Source: a bacterium (lineage in GTDB: Bacteria; Patescibacteriota; Minisyncoccia; UBA6257; UBA9933). Taken from it: DNA of 64,000 nucleotides. The notes under the pieces were generated by a model that made no database searches, was not told the DNA's origin, and worked only from the letters and a program-made list of their open reading frames with translations. Shown piece by piece: positions 28,859-38,577 of this stretch. Location of the stretch: the NCBI GenBank assembly GCA_021796335.1, contig JAJYHZ010000002.1:192998-256997 (forward strand), given 5' to 3'. Numbering within the stretch: the first letter of the stretch is position 1; each line of letters opens with the position of its first letter. Made by a program: the position numbers and the translations under genes.

Positions 28859-31800
28859 ATTTTTTATTTTTAATTTTAATATTGGTAATTTTTATCGGAT
28901 CGGGTTTTATAAATCAAACGTTTGCGTATGACACGGAAACGCACGCTTATTTGACGAGCGAGATTTTTGATTTTTACAACAAAAATTTTCCGCAAAACAA
29001 ATTGGCTGATGAGTTTAAGAATTATTTGATTGACGGCAGCAGAAATGAGGATAATACGCCGAGATGGATGAATCATTTCTACGACCCCGTGAATAACCGA
29101 GGGCTTACTTGCGATAGCGCGATTGATTTAATTTGCTTAGGTAATTGGGAAAGTTCGAAAATTTGGGCAAATGACAACAATAATCAAAATAGTTTGACCT
29201 ACAAAGTGCCGGCAACAATCGCTTCGACTTTGACTGCGATTGAGCAAAAAAATTTGAGTTTAATTTCAGGCGAAACTGATTTTACCTGGAATGAGGCAAT
29301 TAAAGATTGGATTACTGGCAATAAGGGGAAAGCAATATTTATTCTCGGGCATATTCTGCATCTAATTGAAGATATTTCCGTGCCTGATCATACCAGGAAT
29401 GATTCGCATCCCGGAGACAGCCCTTATGAAAATTATAGCCAGCAATTCACTTTGGCTAATCCGGACCAAAACCTGAATAACAGGATGGTTGGCAAAAATC
29501 CGATAATTTTAAGCGATTTGGGAAATTATTTTGACGAATTGGCAAAATATTCCAATAAATATTTTTACAGCAAAGACACGATTGGAATTCAAAGCGGATA
29601 TGAATTTCCGCAACCGGATTTTACAAAATTAGAGTCAGGTGGGAAGTATTACTATGTTTTAAATAGAGATTCAGATGGCCAAAATTATTACCTCATTACA
29701 AAGAAGTCATTGGGAAATATAATTATTAGTTACCCGAATGACTATGCGTTTGATGACAAAATTTCGTCTTCCTACTGGGCTCTTCTTTCCGTGAAATCGG
29801 TTCAATACGGCGCCGGAGCGATAAATCTTTTCTTTCAGGACGTTGAAAAGGCGAAAAACGATTCGAACTTTATCAAGGCGGATACGGCGGAAAACAAATC
29901 AACTTTTTCCGCAATTTATGACACGGCAAAAACATTCGCAAACAATCTTGGCAATTCTTTGGCTTCGATTTGGACTGCGGCAAAAGGCGTTTTCAGCACT
30001 GATCAAAATTTCAATCAAGTAGCCGAAATTGATTTGCAAAACAATGCGAGCGATTCGAATTTGACCACAACCCAAAATCAAAATAAATCCCGGACAAACG
30101 CCAAAACAGTTTCTTTAAAAACGGATAGCTCGAAAACCAAAACAGATGCCGAGGTGGCAAATTTAAAAGATCAAATTAATAATCTGAAAAATAATATTGC
30201 GGCTTTGGAAAAAGAAAATCAGGCGCTTGTAAAATCGCAATCGCAGACAACCGGGGAGATTTCTAAAAATACCGCGATCGGAACGGCCGGGCAAACGAAC
30301 AATTCATCGCCGGCGCAAGTTTCTTGCGGCTTCAATACAGCTCAATCGCCGAGCCGCAATAAATTAATAATAAACGAAGTGGCCTGGATGGGTTCAAGTG
30401 CAAGCGCGAGCGACGAGTGGATTGAGTTAAAAAATATTTCCGGCGGAGATTTAAATATTTCCGGATGGCAATTAATAAGTCAGAATAATCAGATAGAAAT
30501 TAATTTAGAAGGTTTAAAAAATCAAAAAATCGGCGCGGGAAGATTTATTTTGCTGGAGCGGACCGATGATAATTCCGCCATAGGCGTTCCGGCGGATCTG
30601 ATCTACAGCGGCAGTTTGGCCAACACAAACACGGGATTGCGATTATTCGATAGCGATTGCAATTTAACTGATGAAGTTTTTGCTAATCCGAATTGGCCGG
30701 CTGGCGATAATTCTTCAAAGAAAACAATGGAAAGGGATACAAACGGCTTAAACTGGCACACTTCCGGCAATGTCGGCGGAACTCCGAAACAAGAAAATTC
30801 TTCGGCATCTTTCGCTCCAAGCGGCGGATACACAACATTTTCTCCGGCGAATACCGGCCAAAATCAAAATAATGCCGTTCAGTCGGCAGCGGCTCCGCAA
30901 TATTATCCCGTAAAAATAACGGAAATCATGTACAATCCCGAAGGAAGCGATACGGACAGGGAGTGGATAGAAATTTATAATGGCGGGATGTCGGCTGTCG
31001 ATTTAACCGGTTGGAAAATCAATGAAGGCAATGCGAATCATGGCTTGAAATTGTCCGACATCAAAACTTTAAATACGGGAGAGTACGCCGTTATAGCAAG
31101 CAATAAGGCGGGATTTCTTTCAGACTTTCCCGATTATTCGGGAAATATTTTTGAAAGCGCGATTTCTTTAAATAATGGCGGAGAATCGATTGCTTTGAAA
31201 AACGGAGATTTGAAAATTGACGAAATAAATTATTCGCCGGAAACGGGAGCTGACGGAAATGGAAAAAGCCTGCAGTTAATAGGTGGCTTTTGGAAAGAAG
31301 GAACGCCGTCGCCGGGAAAAGAAAATGCGCCGGACGCAGCGGACAAAAATCCGACAGCAGTTTTTGTTTTTAGTCCCGATAATCCGACAGCTGGGGGCGA
31401 GATAAGTTTCGATGCCTCTTCCTCGACTGATTCGGATGGAAATATTGTTGAATATGATTGGGATTTCGGCGACGGCATTTTTGCCACTACAAGCAGCAAT
31501 GCGATTACTCACACATATGCGAATCCCGGAGATTTCATGATTAGTCTGACAGTTTTTGATGATCAAAGCGTTTCGTCATCGGCAACTACTTCGATTTCAA
31601 TAAGACCAGCCGAGGATAATAACATAAATAATTCCGCAAGTCCCGCAAATATTTTTATAAGCGAGATTGTTTATGACGGCGAAGGCGATGACAGCGGAAA
31701 AGAATTTGCGGAATTGTATAATGCGTCCGATCAGACCGATTTAACAGGCTGGGGCTTAAAATATAAAAAAGGAGACGCGACTTCAGCCGAAACCTTGGCG

Positions 31801-33036
31801 GTTTTTGGAAACAATAGCAATGACATCACTGTGATTCCGAAAAACGGATTTCTACTGATCGGCTTAAATAATTATGACGCAGCTAATTATAACCAGGCTG
31901 CGGCCGATATTTTAAGATCAACGAGTTTGCCAAATGGAACAGCTACGGAAACTGTCGACGTAATTTTATACGATGAGAACGGGAATAAAATTAATAGCGT
32001 AAATTATAATGCGGATTCCGCTGCTAGCGGGGCAAGTTTGGAGCGGAGGGCTTTGGTGAACGGCGAATGTGTTATTGCACAAAACGAAAACGAATATTCG
32101 GGAAACGGATGCGATTCGAATAACGTTCTCGACAAACGGGAAATTCCAAATCCGCAGAATTCAAAAAGCCAAAGCGAGCCGAGAACTCCGCCGCCTGCGC
32201 CGGAAAATTTCACCATTAATTTTGAAGAAAATCCCATGCCGGAAGGATATAAACTTGATTGGAAACCATTGGATTTAAATTTAAGCTGGGGGGCGCCGCA
32301 AGGGTACGAAAATTTAAATTATGAAATAAAGGATATAAGCGATTCGGCAAATCATTTTCCCGACATTAAAGCAAAGGCGACTTCGGCAAAGATTTACATC
32401 AATGAGGTCGGCCGGGATTATAAATTTGAAATTTCGGCGATTGACGATATTGGTTTAAAATCCAGTTCAACGCAGTTTTCCATAAATGTTCCCAGTTTTT
32501 TTAAATCCGTTTCGTTTTATTCCAATAGCACATCTTCTTATTCACTTGATTTGAGTTGGGATAAATATCCGTTCATTCCCGATCCAAAAGCCGGAAGAAA
32601 AGTTGTAATTTTTTATTATAACCAGGATGCGCCGGCAATAGGCGATATCAAATGGATTTTCGGGAATGATTATAAAATGTGGGGATTGATCGGACCTGCA
32701 GGCGCCTTGTCTTTGGAATATCCGAATTGCTCGACTCTTTATCCGACTAAAGGAAAATCTTTAATACTTCCCGACAGTCCCAAGTACTGCAACGTTGATA
32801 CGGATCAGGGGAAATACGCAATTAATTACAATTTATTAAATAATCAAAAAATTTCTTTGACCGTATCGAGCAATCAATTTAATTCCGCTCCGGAATCCGG
32901 AAAGGATTATGTGACAATGGCGTTTTATTCTTTTATCCCCGGATATGAGCCGAATGATTACGGAACAAGAATAGTGGGAGTTGATAAAACTAAATATTAT
33001 TTTGAAGGAATTAAAGAAAATTTAAATCCCCTTTGA
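28837..33036 (+). CDS. giant secreted multidomain protein: Zn-dependent phospholipase C/S1-P1 nuclease-like domain + coiled coil + three lamin-tail domains (LTD) + PKD domain + C-terminal beta domains
   Basis: HFYDP and HLIEDISVPDHTRND (Zn-PLC-like); coiled coil ~aa 440-470; LTD motifs INEVAWMGS...DEWIELKNISGGDLNISGWQL, ITEIMYNPEGSDTDREWIEIYNGGMSAVDLTGWKI, ISEIVYDGEGDDSGKEFAELYNASDQTDLTGWGL; PKD VFVFSPDNPTAGGEISFDASSSTDSDGNIVEYDWDFGDG. Confidence 0.75.
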   Translation: MENRKLVDFLFLILILVIFIGSGFINQTFAYDTETHAYLTSEIFDFYNKNFPQNKLADEFKNYLIDGSRNEDNTPRWMNHFYDPVNNRGLTCDSAIDLICLGNWESSKIWANDNNNQNSLTYKVPATIASTLTAIEQKNLSLISGETDFTWNEAIKDWITGNKGKAIFILGHILHLIEDISVPDHTRNDSHPGDSPYENYSQQFTLANPDQNLNNRMVGKNPIILSDLGNYFDELAKYSNKYFYSKDTIGIQSGYEFPQPDFTKLESGGKYYYVLNRDSDGQNYYLITKKSLGNIIISYPNDYAFDDKISSSYWALLSVKSVQYGAGAINLFFQDVEKAKNDSNFIKADTAENKSTFSAIYDTAKTFANNLGNSLASIWTAAKGVFSTDQNFNQVAEIDLQNNASDSNLTTTQNQNKSRTNAKTVSLKTDSSKTKTDAEVANLKDQINNLKNNIAALEKENQALVKSQSQTTGEISKNTAIGTAGQTNNSSPAQVSCGFNTAQSPSRNKLIINEVAWMGSSASASDEWIELKNISGGDLNISGWQLISQNNQIEINLEGLKNQKIGAGRFILLERTDDNSAIGVPADLIYSGSLANTNTGLRLFDSDCNLTDEVFANPNWPAGDNSSKKTMERDTNGLNWHTSGNVGGTPKQENSSASFAPSGGYTTFSPANTGQNQNNAVQSAAAPQYYPVKITEIMYNPEGSDTDREWIEIYNGGMSAVDLTGWKINEGNANHGLKLSDIKTLNTGEYAVIASNKAGFLSDFPDYSGNIFESAISLNNGGESIALKNGDLKIDEINYSPETGADGNGKSLQLIGGFWKEGTPSPGKENAPDAADKNPTAVFVFSPDNPTAGGEISFDASSSTDSDGNIVEYDWDFGDGIFATTSSNAITHTYANPGDFMISLTVFDDQSVSSSATTSISIRPAEDNNINNSASPANIFISEIVYDGEGDDSGKEFAELYNASDQTDLTGWGLKYKKGDATSAETLAVFGNNSNDITVIPKNGFLLIGLNNYDAANYNQAAADILRSTSLPNGTATETVDVILYDENGNKINSVNYNADSAASGASLERRALVNGECVIAQNENEYSGNGCDSNNVLDKREIPNPQNSKSQSEPRTPPPAPENFTINFEENPMPEGYKLDWKPLDLNLSWGAPQGYENLNYEIKDISDSANHFPDIKAKATSAKIYINEVGRDYKFEISAIDDIGLKSSSTQFSINVPSFFKSVSFYSNSTSSYSLDLSWDKYPFIPDPKAGRKVVIFYYNQDAPAIGDIKWIFGNDYKMWGLIGPAGALSLEYPNCSTLYPTKGKSLILPDSPKYCNVDTDQGKYAINYNLLNNQKISLTVSSNQFNSAPESGKDYVTMAFYSFIPGYEPNDYGTRIVGVDKTKYYFEGIKENLNPL

Positions 33037-33103
33037 TTCTATTCAAAGAGGACTGAATAAAAATCGCCGTCCCGTTGGGCGGGACGGCGGAGTCCGAGGT
33101 AGA

Positions 33104-33661
33104 TTATTTGCTTTCTTTTTTCGGGACCGGAGATGAGACGGCTTCTATTTTAAGATCTTCGTCTAAAAGGATTATTCTGTCGGCCCTGTCTTTTAATTCT
33201 CTGGAAATCGTGCCTTTTGACGACACAATCGTGACTTTAATATCAATATTTTTCAGAGAATCAATAAGATACGCAAAGTCGGAATCTCCCGAGATGAGCA
33301 CGACTTCGTTGCAATCGCGACGCCAGGCATGACGGCAGATATCAGTGGCGATTTCAACATCGAAGTTCGCCTTATTTTTGATACTACCGTTACTGAGACT
33401 GATCGTCTTGATCTCTTTTGCGACAACCCTGAAGCCGGAAAGTTCAAGATAGTCATAAAATTTTTTCCAGCCGGGATTTTCGGGTTTTTCTATATAGATC
33501 GATTTCTCGACCAAGTCTGACCCGAGCGTCACTGTTTCTACGAGCTTGTTAAAGTCAAGCCTAACCTGGGTCAAGCTCATTTTTTTTGCCTGGATGATTG
33601 CGGCAAAGGCCGCTCCGATGTTTGCTTTGTCTATCAGCACGACAGACTTTGATTGCGGCAT
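33104..33661 (-). CDS. NYN-domain (LabA-like/DUF88) PIN-fold nuclease
   Basis: VVLIDKANIG...DVEIATDI...VVLISGDSDFAYLI acidic-residue pattern of NYN domains. Confidence 0.7.
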   Translation of the reverse strand: MPQSKSVVLIDKANIGAAFAAIIQAKKMSLTQVRLDFNKLVETVTLGSDLVEKSIYIEKPENPGWKKFYDYLELSGFRVVAKEIKTISLSNGSIKNKANFDVEIATDICRHAWRRDCNEVVLISGDSDFAYLIDSLKNIDIKVTIVSSKGTISRELKDRADRIILLDEDLKIEAVSSPVPKKESK

Positions 33662-33973
33662 AAAAAACCTCCTTTCATACGGGAAAAATTAATTCCAGAT
33701 CATGCGTATAAACCGGTAAATTTTTACCCCCTCTCTTTTTAAGATTAAAAACGGGCTATAGAAGACATTATTAAAAAAGAGGTTGTTTGTCAAAGCGTCC
33801 GGCGCTGTTCGGAAGTATGGAATCTAATTATTTTGTTATACTGAACCATTAGCTGTCGGAAAAACGCCTTGTAAAATATAAATTGAAGCAACTAGAGATT
33901 TTTCGCAAAACTTAAAATGACTTTCCAAACAGCGCTAAAGCGGCGGGAGAATATTTTATGCTAAAATAAGCGC

Positions 33974-34462
33974 ATGGTTGCGATTTTATACAATATTCGA
34001 AGTTTGCATAATGTGGGGTCGATTTTTAGAACTGCGGATGCGGCGGGAGTAAAGAAAATCTATCTTTGCGGATTAACGCCGACGCCTTATGACGAATTCG
34101 GAAAAAAACGGTCGCAATTGGCAAAAGTTTCCTTGGGAGCGGAAGATTATATTCCGTGGGAGAAAATCGGAAGTGCACGATCGCCAATAGCGACTTTAAG
34201 GCTAATCGATAATTTAAAAAAAACAGGGTACAAAATTTTGGCAATCGAGCAATCAAAAAATTCAGTTCCGTATTACAAATTTGCTTCTACACGAAGAAAC
34301 AATCAAAAGATGGTTTTAATCGTGGGGAATGAAGTGAAAGGGCTATCAAAGACAATTTTAAACAGAGCGGATAAAATCCTGGAAATTCCGATGCACGGAA
34401 AAAAAGAATCATTGAATGTGGCGGTGGCATTCGGAATTGTTGTTTTTGGAATCAAAAAATAA
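33974..34462 (+). CDS. SpoU/TrmH-family (SPOUT) RNA 2'-O-methyltransferase
   Basis: LYNIRSLHNVGSIFRTADAAGV ... LIVGNEVKGLS ... IPMHGKKESLNVAVAFGIV SPOUT motifs. Confidence 0.75.
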   Translation: MVAILYNIRSLHNVGSIFRTADAAGVKKIYLCGLTPTPYDEFGKKRSQLAKVSLGAEDYIPWEKIGSARSPIATLRLIDNLKKTGYKILAIEQSKNSVPYYKFASTRRNNQKMVLIVGNEVKGLSKTILNRADKILEIPMHGKKESLNVAVAFGIVVFGIKK

Positions 34463-34470
34463 TTTACCTA

Positions 34471-34508
34471 TTATCGTATATTTTGACGATCGTCAAAATA
34501 TACGATAA
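34471..34508. repeat. palindrome family A copy 2 (ttatcgtatattttgacgatcgtcaaaatatacgataa), 28 bp upstream of 34536 gene
   Basis: perfect 38-bp inverted repeat. Confidence 0.85.
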
Positions 34509-34535
34509 GATGAAAAATATTAATTATTAATTAGA

Positions 34536-35093
34536 ATGAAAGGAGAAAAACGATTAAGAATTTTAGAGGGAATTGAATTAGGGATGGATACTATCGGAGA
34601 TTTAGTTTTTATATTTAGTTTGCCGTACGGAACTTCCTTTTCTAAAATGAGATATCTGCTTGCAAATAGGGATAGATTTAAAAAATCAGACAATAATAAT
34701 GAAAAAAAGAGATTCCAGGATTTAATGTATCATTTGCGAAGAGACGGTCTAATCGACGAATCCAAAAGAAAGCTCATTTTAACTTTAAAAGGAAAAAAAT
34801 TTTTAAATAGAAAAAAATTTACAACTTTTTCATATAAAAAAGAAAGCGACAATATAATAAAAATAATAATATTTGATATTCCCGAATCTCAGAGAAGAAA
34901 AAGGGTGTGGTTGAGGCAGGCTATAAAAACAATGGGGTTCCAAATGATACAAAAAAGCGTCTGGTTGGGTAAAGTAAAAATCCCGGAAGAATTTTTAAAT
35001 GATTTAAAAAATATGAATCTGATGAATTATATAGAGATTATCGGAATTACAAAGATAGGAACTTTAAAACAAATGAAATATTTTAATCTTTAA
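34536..35093 (+). CDS. wHTH + Cas2/VapD-like domain protein (PaaX-like architecture), paralog 2
   Basis: IKIIIFDIPESQRRKRVWLRQAIKTMGFQMIQKSVWLG aligns with paralog 1 and Cas2 pattern; N-terminal LMYHLRRDGLIDESKRKLILTLKGKKFL wHTH-like. Confidence 0.5.
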   Translation: MKGEKRLRILEGIELGMDTIGDLVFIFSLPYGTSFSKMRYLLANRDRFKKSDNNNEKKRFQDLMYHLRRDGLIDESKRKLILTLKGKKFLNRKKFTTFSYKKESDNIIKIIIFDIPESQRRKRVWLRQAIKTMGFQMIQKSVWLGKVKIPEEFLNDLKNMNLMNYIEIIGITKIGTLKQMKYFNL

Positions 35094-35095
35094 TC

Positions 35096-35133
35096 TAATC
35101 GTATATTTTGACGATCGTCAAAATATACGATTA
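35096..35133. repeat. palindrome family A copy 3, 3 bp downstream of 34536 gene stop
   Basis: taatcgtatattttgacgatcgtcaaaatatacgatta perfect 38-bp inverted repeat. Confidence 0.85.
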
Positions 35134-35307
35134 GGGCATGCGTGGGGAGCGCATGTCTAGCCAGATTTTTTTAAGTCCAATATTTTTAAGTCCAATATTT
35201 CGCGCAGTTTTTCGGTATTTTGCCTGGGCCTTTTAAATTTGTTATAATTAATTTAAATAAGTGCTTCCTGGGATAGTATTCTTTTAAAAAATAAACTTCT
35301 TAACTTT

Positions 35308-36147
35308 ATGACTAACAATGCCTACAAAATAGGGATTGTTGGCACGGGAATGGTGGGAGGAGCGTTGAAGCGATATTACGAATCGATAGGACAAAAGACT
35401 TTTATTTATGACAAATATAAAAACCTCGGATCGCCGAAAGAGCTTAATGAGGCTGATTTGATATTTATTTGCGTGCCGACTCCTTATAGTTTTGAATACG
35501 GGTGCGACCTCTCTTTTATTAAGGATGCGCTTAGTTTTATAAAAGGATCAAAAACGATCGTAATAAAATCGACCATTTTGCCGGGAACGACGGAAATTTT
35601 TCAAAAAAAATATTTGCAGCACAGGTTTTTATTCAATCCGGAATTTTTGTCGGAGGCTACGGCGGATGACGACATGAGTAATCCGGATATTCAGGTTGTG
35701 GGATTTACCATACAGAGCAGGTTTATTGCGGAAGATGTTTTGAAAACTTTGCCAAAAGCGCCGTTTGAAAAAATAATGCCGGCTACCGAGGCGGAAATGG
35801 TCAAATATTTCCATAACACGCACGGGACCGTCAAGGTAAGTTTTGCAAACCAGATGCATGATTTGTGCGAAGCGCTAAACGTTAATTACGAAAATGTAAT
35901 GCAGTGTGCGGTGAAAACAAAAAATATCCAAATAACGAATTATTTACATGTGTGGCATAAAGGGTTTCGCGGATATGGCGGAACGTGTTTTCCAAAAGAC
36001 ATTCGGGCGCTGATTTGGCTGGGCGATAATTTAGGAGTTGATTTAAAAATACATAAAGCGGCCGAGGAAGTGAATAATAAACTGATGGAAAAGCAAAATA
36101 TAAGCGATCCGGAATCTATGGGAAGAAGCTGGAGTATTTTGAACTAA
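35308..36147 (+). CDS. UDP-glucose/GDP-mannose dehydrogenase-family protein (short form lacking C-terminal UDP-binding domain)
   Basis: N-terminal Rossmann IGIVGTGMVGGAL and family signature FNPEFLSEATADDDMSNPDIQVVG; only 279 aa. Confidence 0.5.
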   Translation: MTNNAYKIGIVGTGMVGGALKRYYESIGQKTFIYDKYKNLGSPKELNEADLIFICVPTPYSFEYGCDLSFIKDALSFIKGSKTIVIKSTILPGTTEIFQKKYLQHRFLFNPEFLSEATADDDMSNPDIQVVGFTIQSRFIAEDVLKTLPKAPFEKIMPATEAEMVKYFHNTHGTVKVSFANQMHDLCEALNVNYENVMQCAVKTKNIQITNYLHVWHKGFRGYGGTCFPKDIRALIWLGDNLGVDLKIHKAAEEVNNKLMEKQNISDPESMGRSWSILN

Positions 36148-36152
36148 AACCT

Positions 36153-36180
36153 AAAAGCCGCTTTTAACAGCGGCTTTTAG
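36153..36180 (+). terminator. rho-independent terminator
   Basis: aaaagccgc-ttttaaca-gcggctttt. Confidence 0.6.
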
Positions 36181-36402
36181 GTTTGGAAAAGAAGCGGTAT
36201 TTATCCAAAATTGTTTTGGATTTTTGGGGCGATCTGACACTATATTAATATTGTCCGCAATATTGATTATAAAGTCTGGCTGTATTAGTATTAATAAATA
36301 ATAAAATCCCGTAATTTGGGATTTATATTTTATATAAAAACTTCATGCTCAAGGATTGCGTAGGCTCAAAGAAAGACTTAGCAATACTTTAACAGGGAAG
36401 TT

Positions 36403-38574
36403 ATGCGCAGAATGAAGCTTTTGATGAAAATATCCCTTTGGATATTGGCCTTTATTCCTCTTGTTATCGCCAATTCGGCATTTTTCCCTTACATTAGCGG
36501 AAAAAGTTTGATGATCAGAGCGGCCATTGCAGCAGTATCTTTGTTATTTATAATCCATCTAAACTTTTCCAAATATTTCAGAAAAGAAATTACCGGAAAA
36601 ATAAAAAAATACTGGAAGAATCCTCTTACTATAACGACTTTTTCATTTATTTTACTGACAACTATCAGCGCGATTTTCGCTTTTAACTCTTATAAAGCAT
36701 TTTTCGGCGACGTGGAGAGGGGAGAAGGGCTTTTGGGAATTCTTTCATTTTTTGCATTTTTCGTTTTTTCTCTTTTAATTTTTGAAAAGGAGGATTGGAA
36801 TTGGTTCTTCAGGTTCAATCTTTTTACGGGAATCATTTTGTTTGTAAACGAATTTTCGGCATTTCATTCCGGTACGGTGAGGCCGGGCGCAAATACGGGA
36901 AACCCGACTTTTTTGGCGGGATATTTTCTATTCGTGATTATGGCGGCTATAGCGAGTTATGCTATGGCGGAAAGAGATTCGGCCGCGGGATTGAGTTGGA
37001 AAATCCTATCGGCTATAACCGGAATTTTGGCAGTGGCCGGAATATTTATCACGGAAACCCGCGGAACCATTGTCGGATTGGCGATCGGGGTTTTGGCAAT
37101 AATTATTTATGCGGCTATAAAAGGAAAGGAAACCAAAATCTTCAACAAAATCAGTTTGCAAAAATTTTCTTTGGTTTTATTGGGAGTGTTGGTTGCATTG
37201 ATGCTGATTTTTGCCGCAACAAGGACAAATCCGGTTTGGGAAAAAGTTCCGGGATTAAACAGGTTGGCTCAAATCGGAACTGCGAGCGGAGACAGTTCGA
37301 TAAATACGCGTTTGATTTCCTTGGGAGTCAGCTTGAAAGCGATTAACCCGACCAATAATTCACTGAAGGAATTTTTAATCGGATGGGGGCAGGATAATTT
37401 CAGCATCGCTTATAACAGAAATTACAATCCGCAATATTATAAATACGAGCACTCTTGGTTTGACAGGGCGCACAACAAAATAATGGATGTTCTGGTGATG
37501 GACGGGGTTGCCGGTTTGGTTTCATACCTGGCATTGTGGGGAGCGTTTTTATGGCTGGTGTTCAGGAAAAAAGGATTTTCCGCCTTGGCGATGGCGACTT
37601 TGCTTTTCGGCGTAAGCTATTTTGCACATATTTTCGTGGTGTTCGATCAAATATCCACCTGGATTCCGTTTTTCGCGGCATTGGCGTTTTTGGTTTTCGT
37701 ATCGGAATTCAAGGATGAAGAAAAAAAGCCTGCCCATAAAACCGCAGAAGCAGGCGAGGCAAATAACTATACGCTGCCCTTAATTTTCGGGGCAATCGCA
37801 ATTTTCTTTTTATACAGTTTGATTTTTTGGACCGTAATCCCTTTTTCACAAATGAGCACGTATTTGGGCGCATATTCTTCAAGCAATCTGACGGATTTTA
37901 CAAATGCGGTAAAAAGCTCTTTAACTCCGTTTACTTACGCGCAGGAAGATATAAGAGGACATTTTTTGTCGATGGCGATGTCGTCTTATGCCAAAAACCC
38001 GAATTTCAAGGATTTGTTCAATTTGGCTTTGAACGAAATGGTTGATTTGGTGAACAGGGATCCGGCGAATCCGAGGTACGCTTTGCAAGCGGGTGAAGCG
38101 TATAATTTTCGAGGAAAGATGACAAATAACGCGGATGATTTAAAAACGGCGGAAAAATATTTCCGACAGGCTTTGGCTTGGGCGCCGCGAAGGCAGGATG
38201 TCATTTATGATCTATCCATGAGCGTATTGTCCCAAGGCAGAATCAATGAGGCCCTGGATCTTTTAAACGGATCAATGAAAGATGACAGTCAGGTTCCGGA
38301 GACTCATTATTATCTGGCTGTCGCTCAGACTTATTCGGGCGATTATAAGGATGCGTTGGCCAATGCCGAGTATGCCGCAAGCAGAATAAGCATGCCGCAA
38401 ATGAGCAATTTGTATCAGCAATTTTTGGCGTATTTCTACAAAGAAAAGGACAAGGCGGATTTTATGACAACGGCAAACAGGCTGGAAATTTTGGAGTCGG
38501 ACAAAAAATCCGAATTAGATCAGATTTTAAATTACGTAAACAAAGGCCAATGGCCGGTGATTAATTTTCAGTAA
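36403..38574 (+). CDS. O-antigen ligase/Wzy_C-like polytopic membrane protein with C-terminal TPR repeats (candidate O-oligosaccharyltransferase or polymerase)
   Basis: ~11 TM helices in first 450 aa, large loop, C-terminal ~250 aa TPR-like (YYLAVAQTYSGDYKDALANAEYA). Confidence 0.5.
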   Translation: MRRMKLLMKISLWILAFIPLVIANSAFFPYISGKSLMIRAAIAAVSLLFIIHLNFSKYFRKEITGKIKKYWKNPLTITTFSFILLTTISAIFAFNSYKAFFGDVERGEGLLGILSFFAFFVFSLLIFEKEDWNWFFRFNLFTGIILFVNEFSAFHSGTVRPGANTGNPTFLAGYFLFVIMAAIASYAMAERDSAAGLSWKILSAITGILAVAGIFITETRGTIVGLAIGVLAIIIYAAIKGKETKIFNKISLQKFSLVLLGVLVALMLIFAATRTNPVWEKVPGLNRLAQIGTASGDSSINTRLISLGVSLKAINPTNNSLKEFLIGWGQDNFSIAYNRNYNPQYYKYEHSWFDRAHNKIMDVLVMDGVAGLVSYLALWGAFLWLVFRKKGFSALAMATLLFGVSYFAHIFVVFDQISTWIPFFAALAFLVFVSEFKDEEKKPAHKTAEAGEANNYTLPLIFGAIAIFFLYSLIFWTVIPFSQMSTYLGAYSSSNLTDFTNAVKSSLTPFTYAQEDIRGHFLSMAMSSYAKNPNFKDLFNLALNEMVDLVNRDPANPRYALQAGEAYNFRGKMTNNADDLKTAEKYFRQALAWAPRRQDVIYDLSMSVLSQGRINEALDLLNGSMKDDSQVPETHYYLAVAQTYSGDYKDALANAEYAASRISMPQMSNLYQQFLAYFYKEKDKADFMTTANRLEILESDKKSELDQILNYVNKGQWPVINFQ

Positions 38575-38577
38575 AAT

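Noticed and set aside
9615-35133. Palindromic repeats A and B as a possible CRISPR array
   Set aside because: There are only three copies of each. The copies are perfect palindromes, not direct repeats. They sit at irregular kb-scale spacing and flank protein genes. No spacer-like unique segments of uniform length are present.
36795-37346. 183-aa Gly-rich ORF on the + strand in the ORF track
   Set aside because: It lies entirely inside the Wzy_C-like gene in another frame. The Gly-rich, low-complexity translation is typical of a shadow ORF. Other internal or antisense track ORFs are likewise spurious, for example 2805-3230, 4139-4513, 5816-6194, 14502-14883, 18482-18907, 25196-25453, 29899-30081, 49561-49857, 55439-55966 and 62030-62455.
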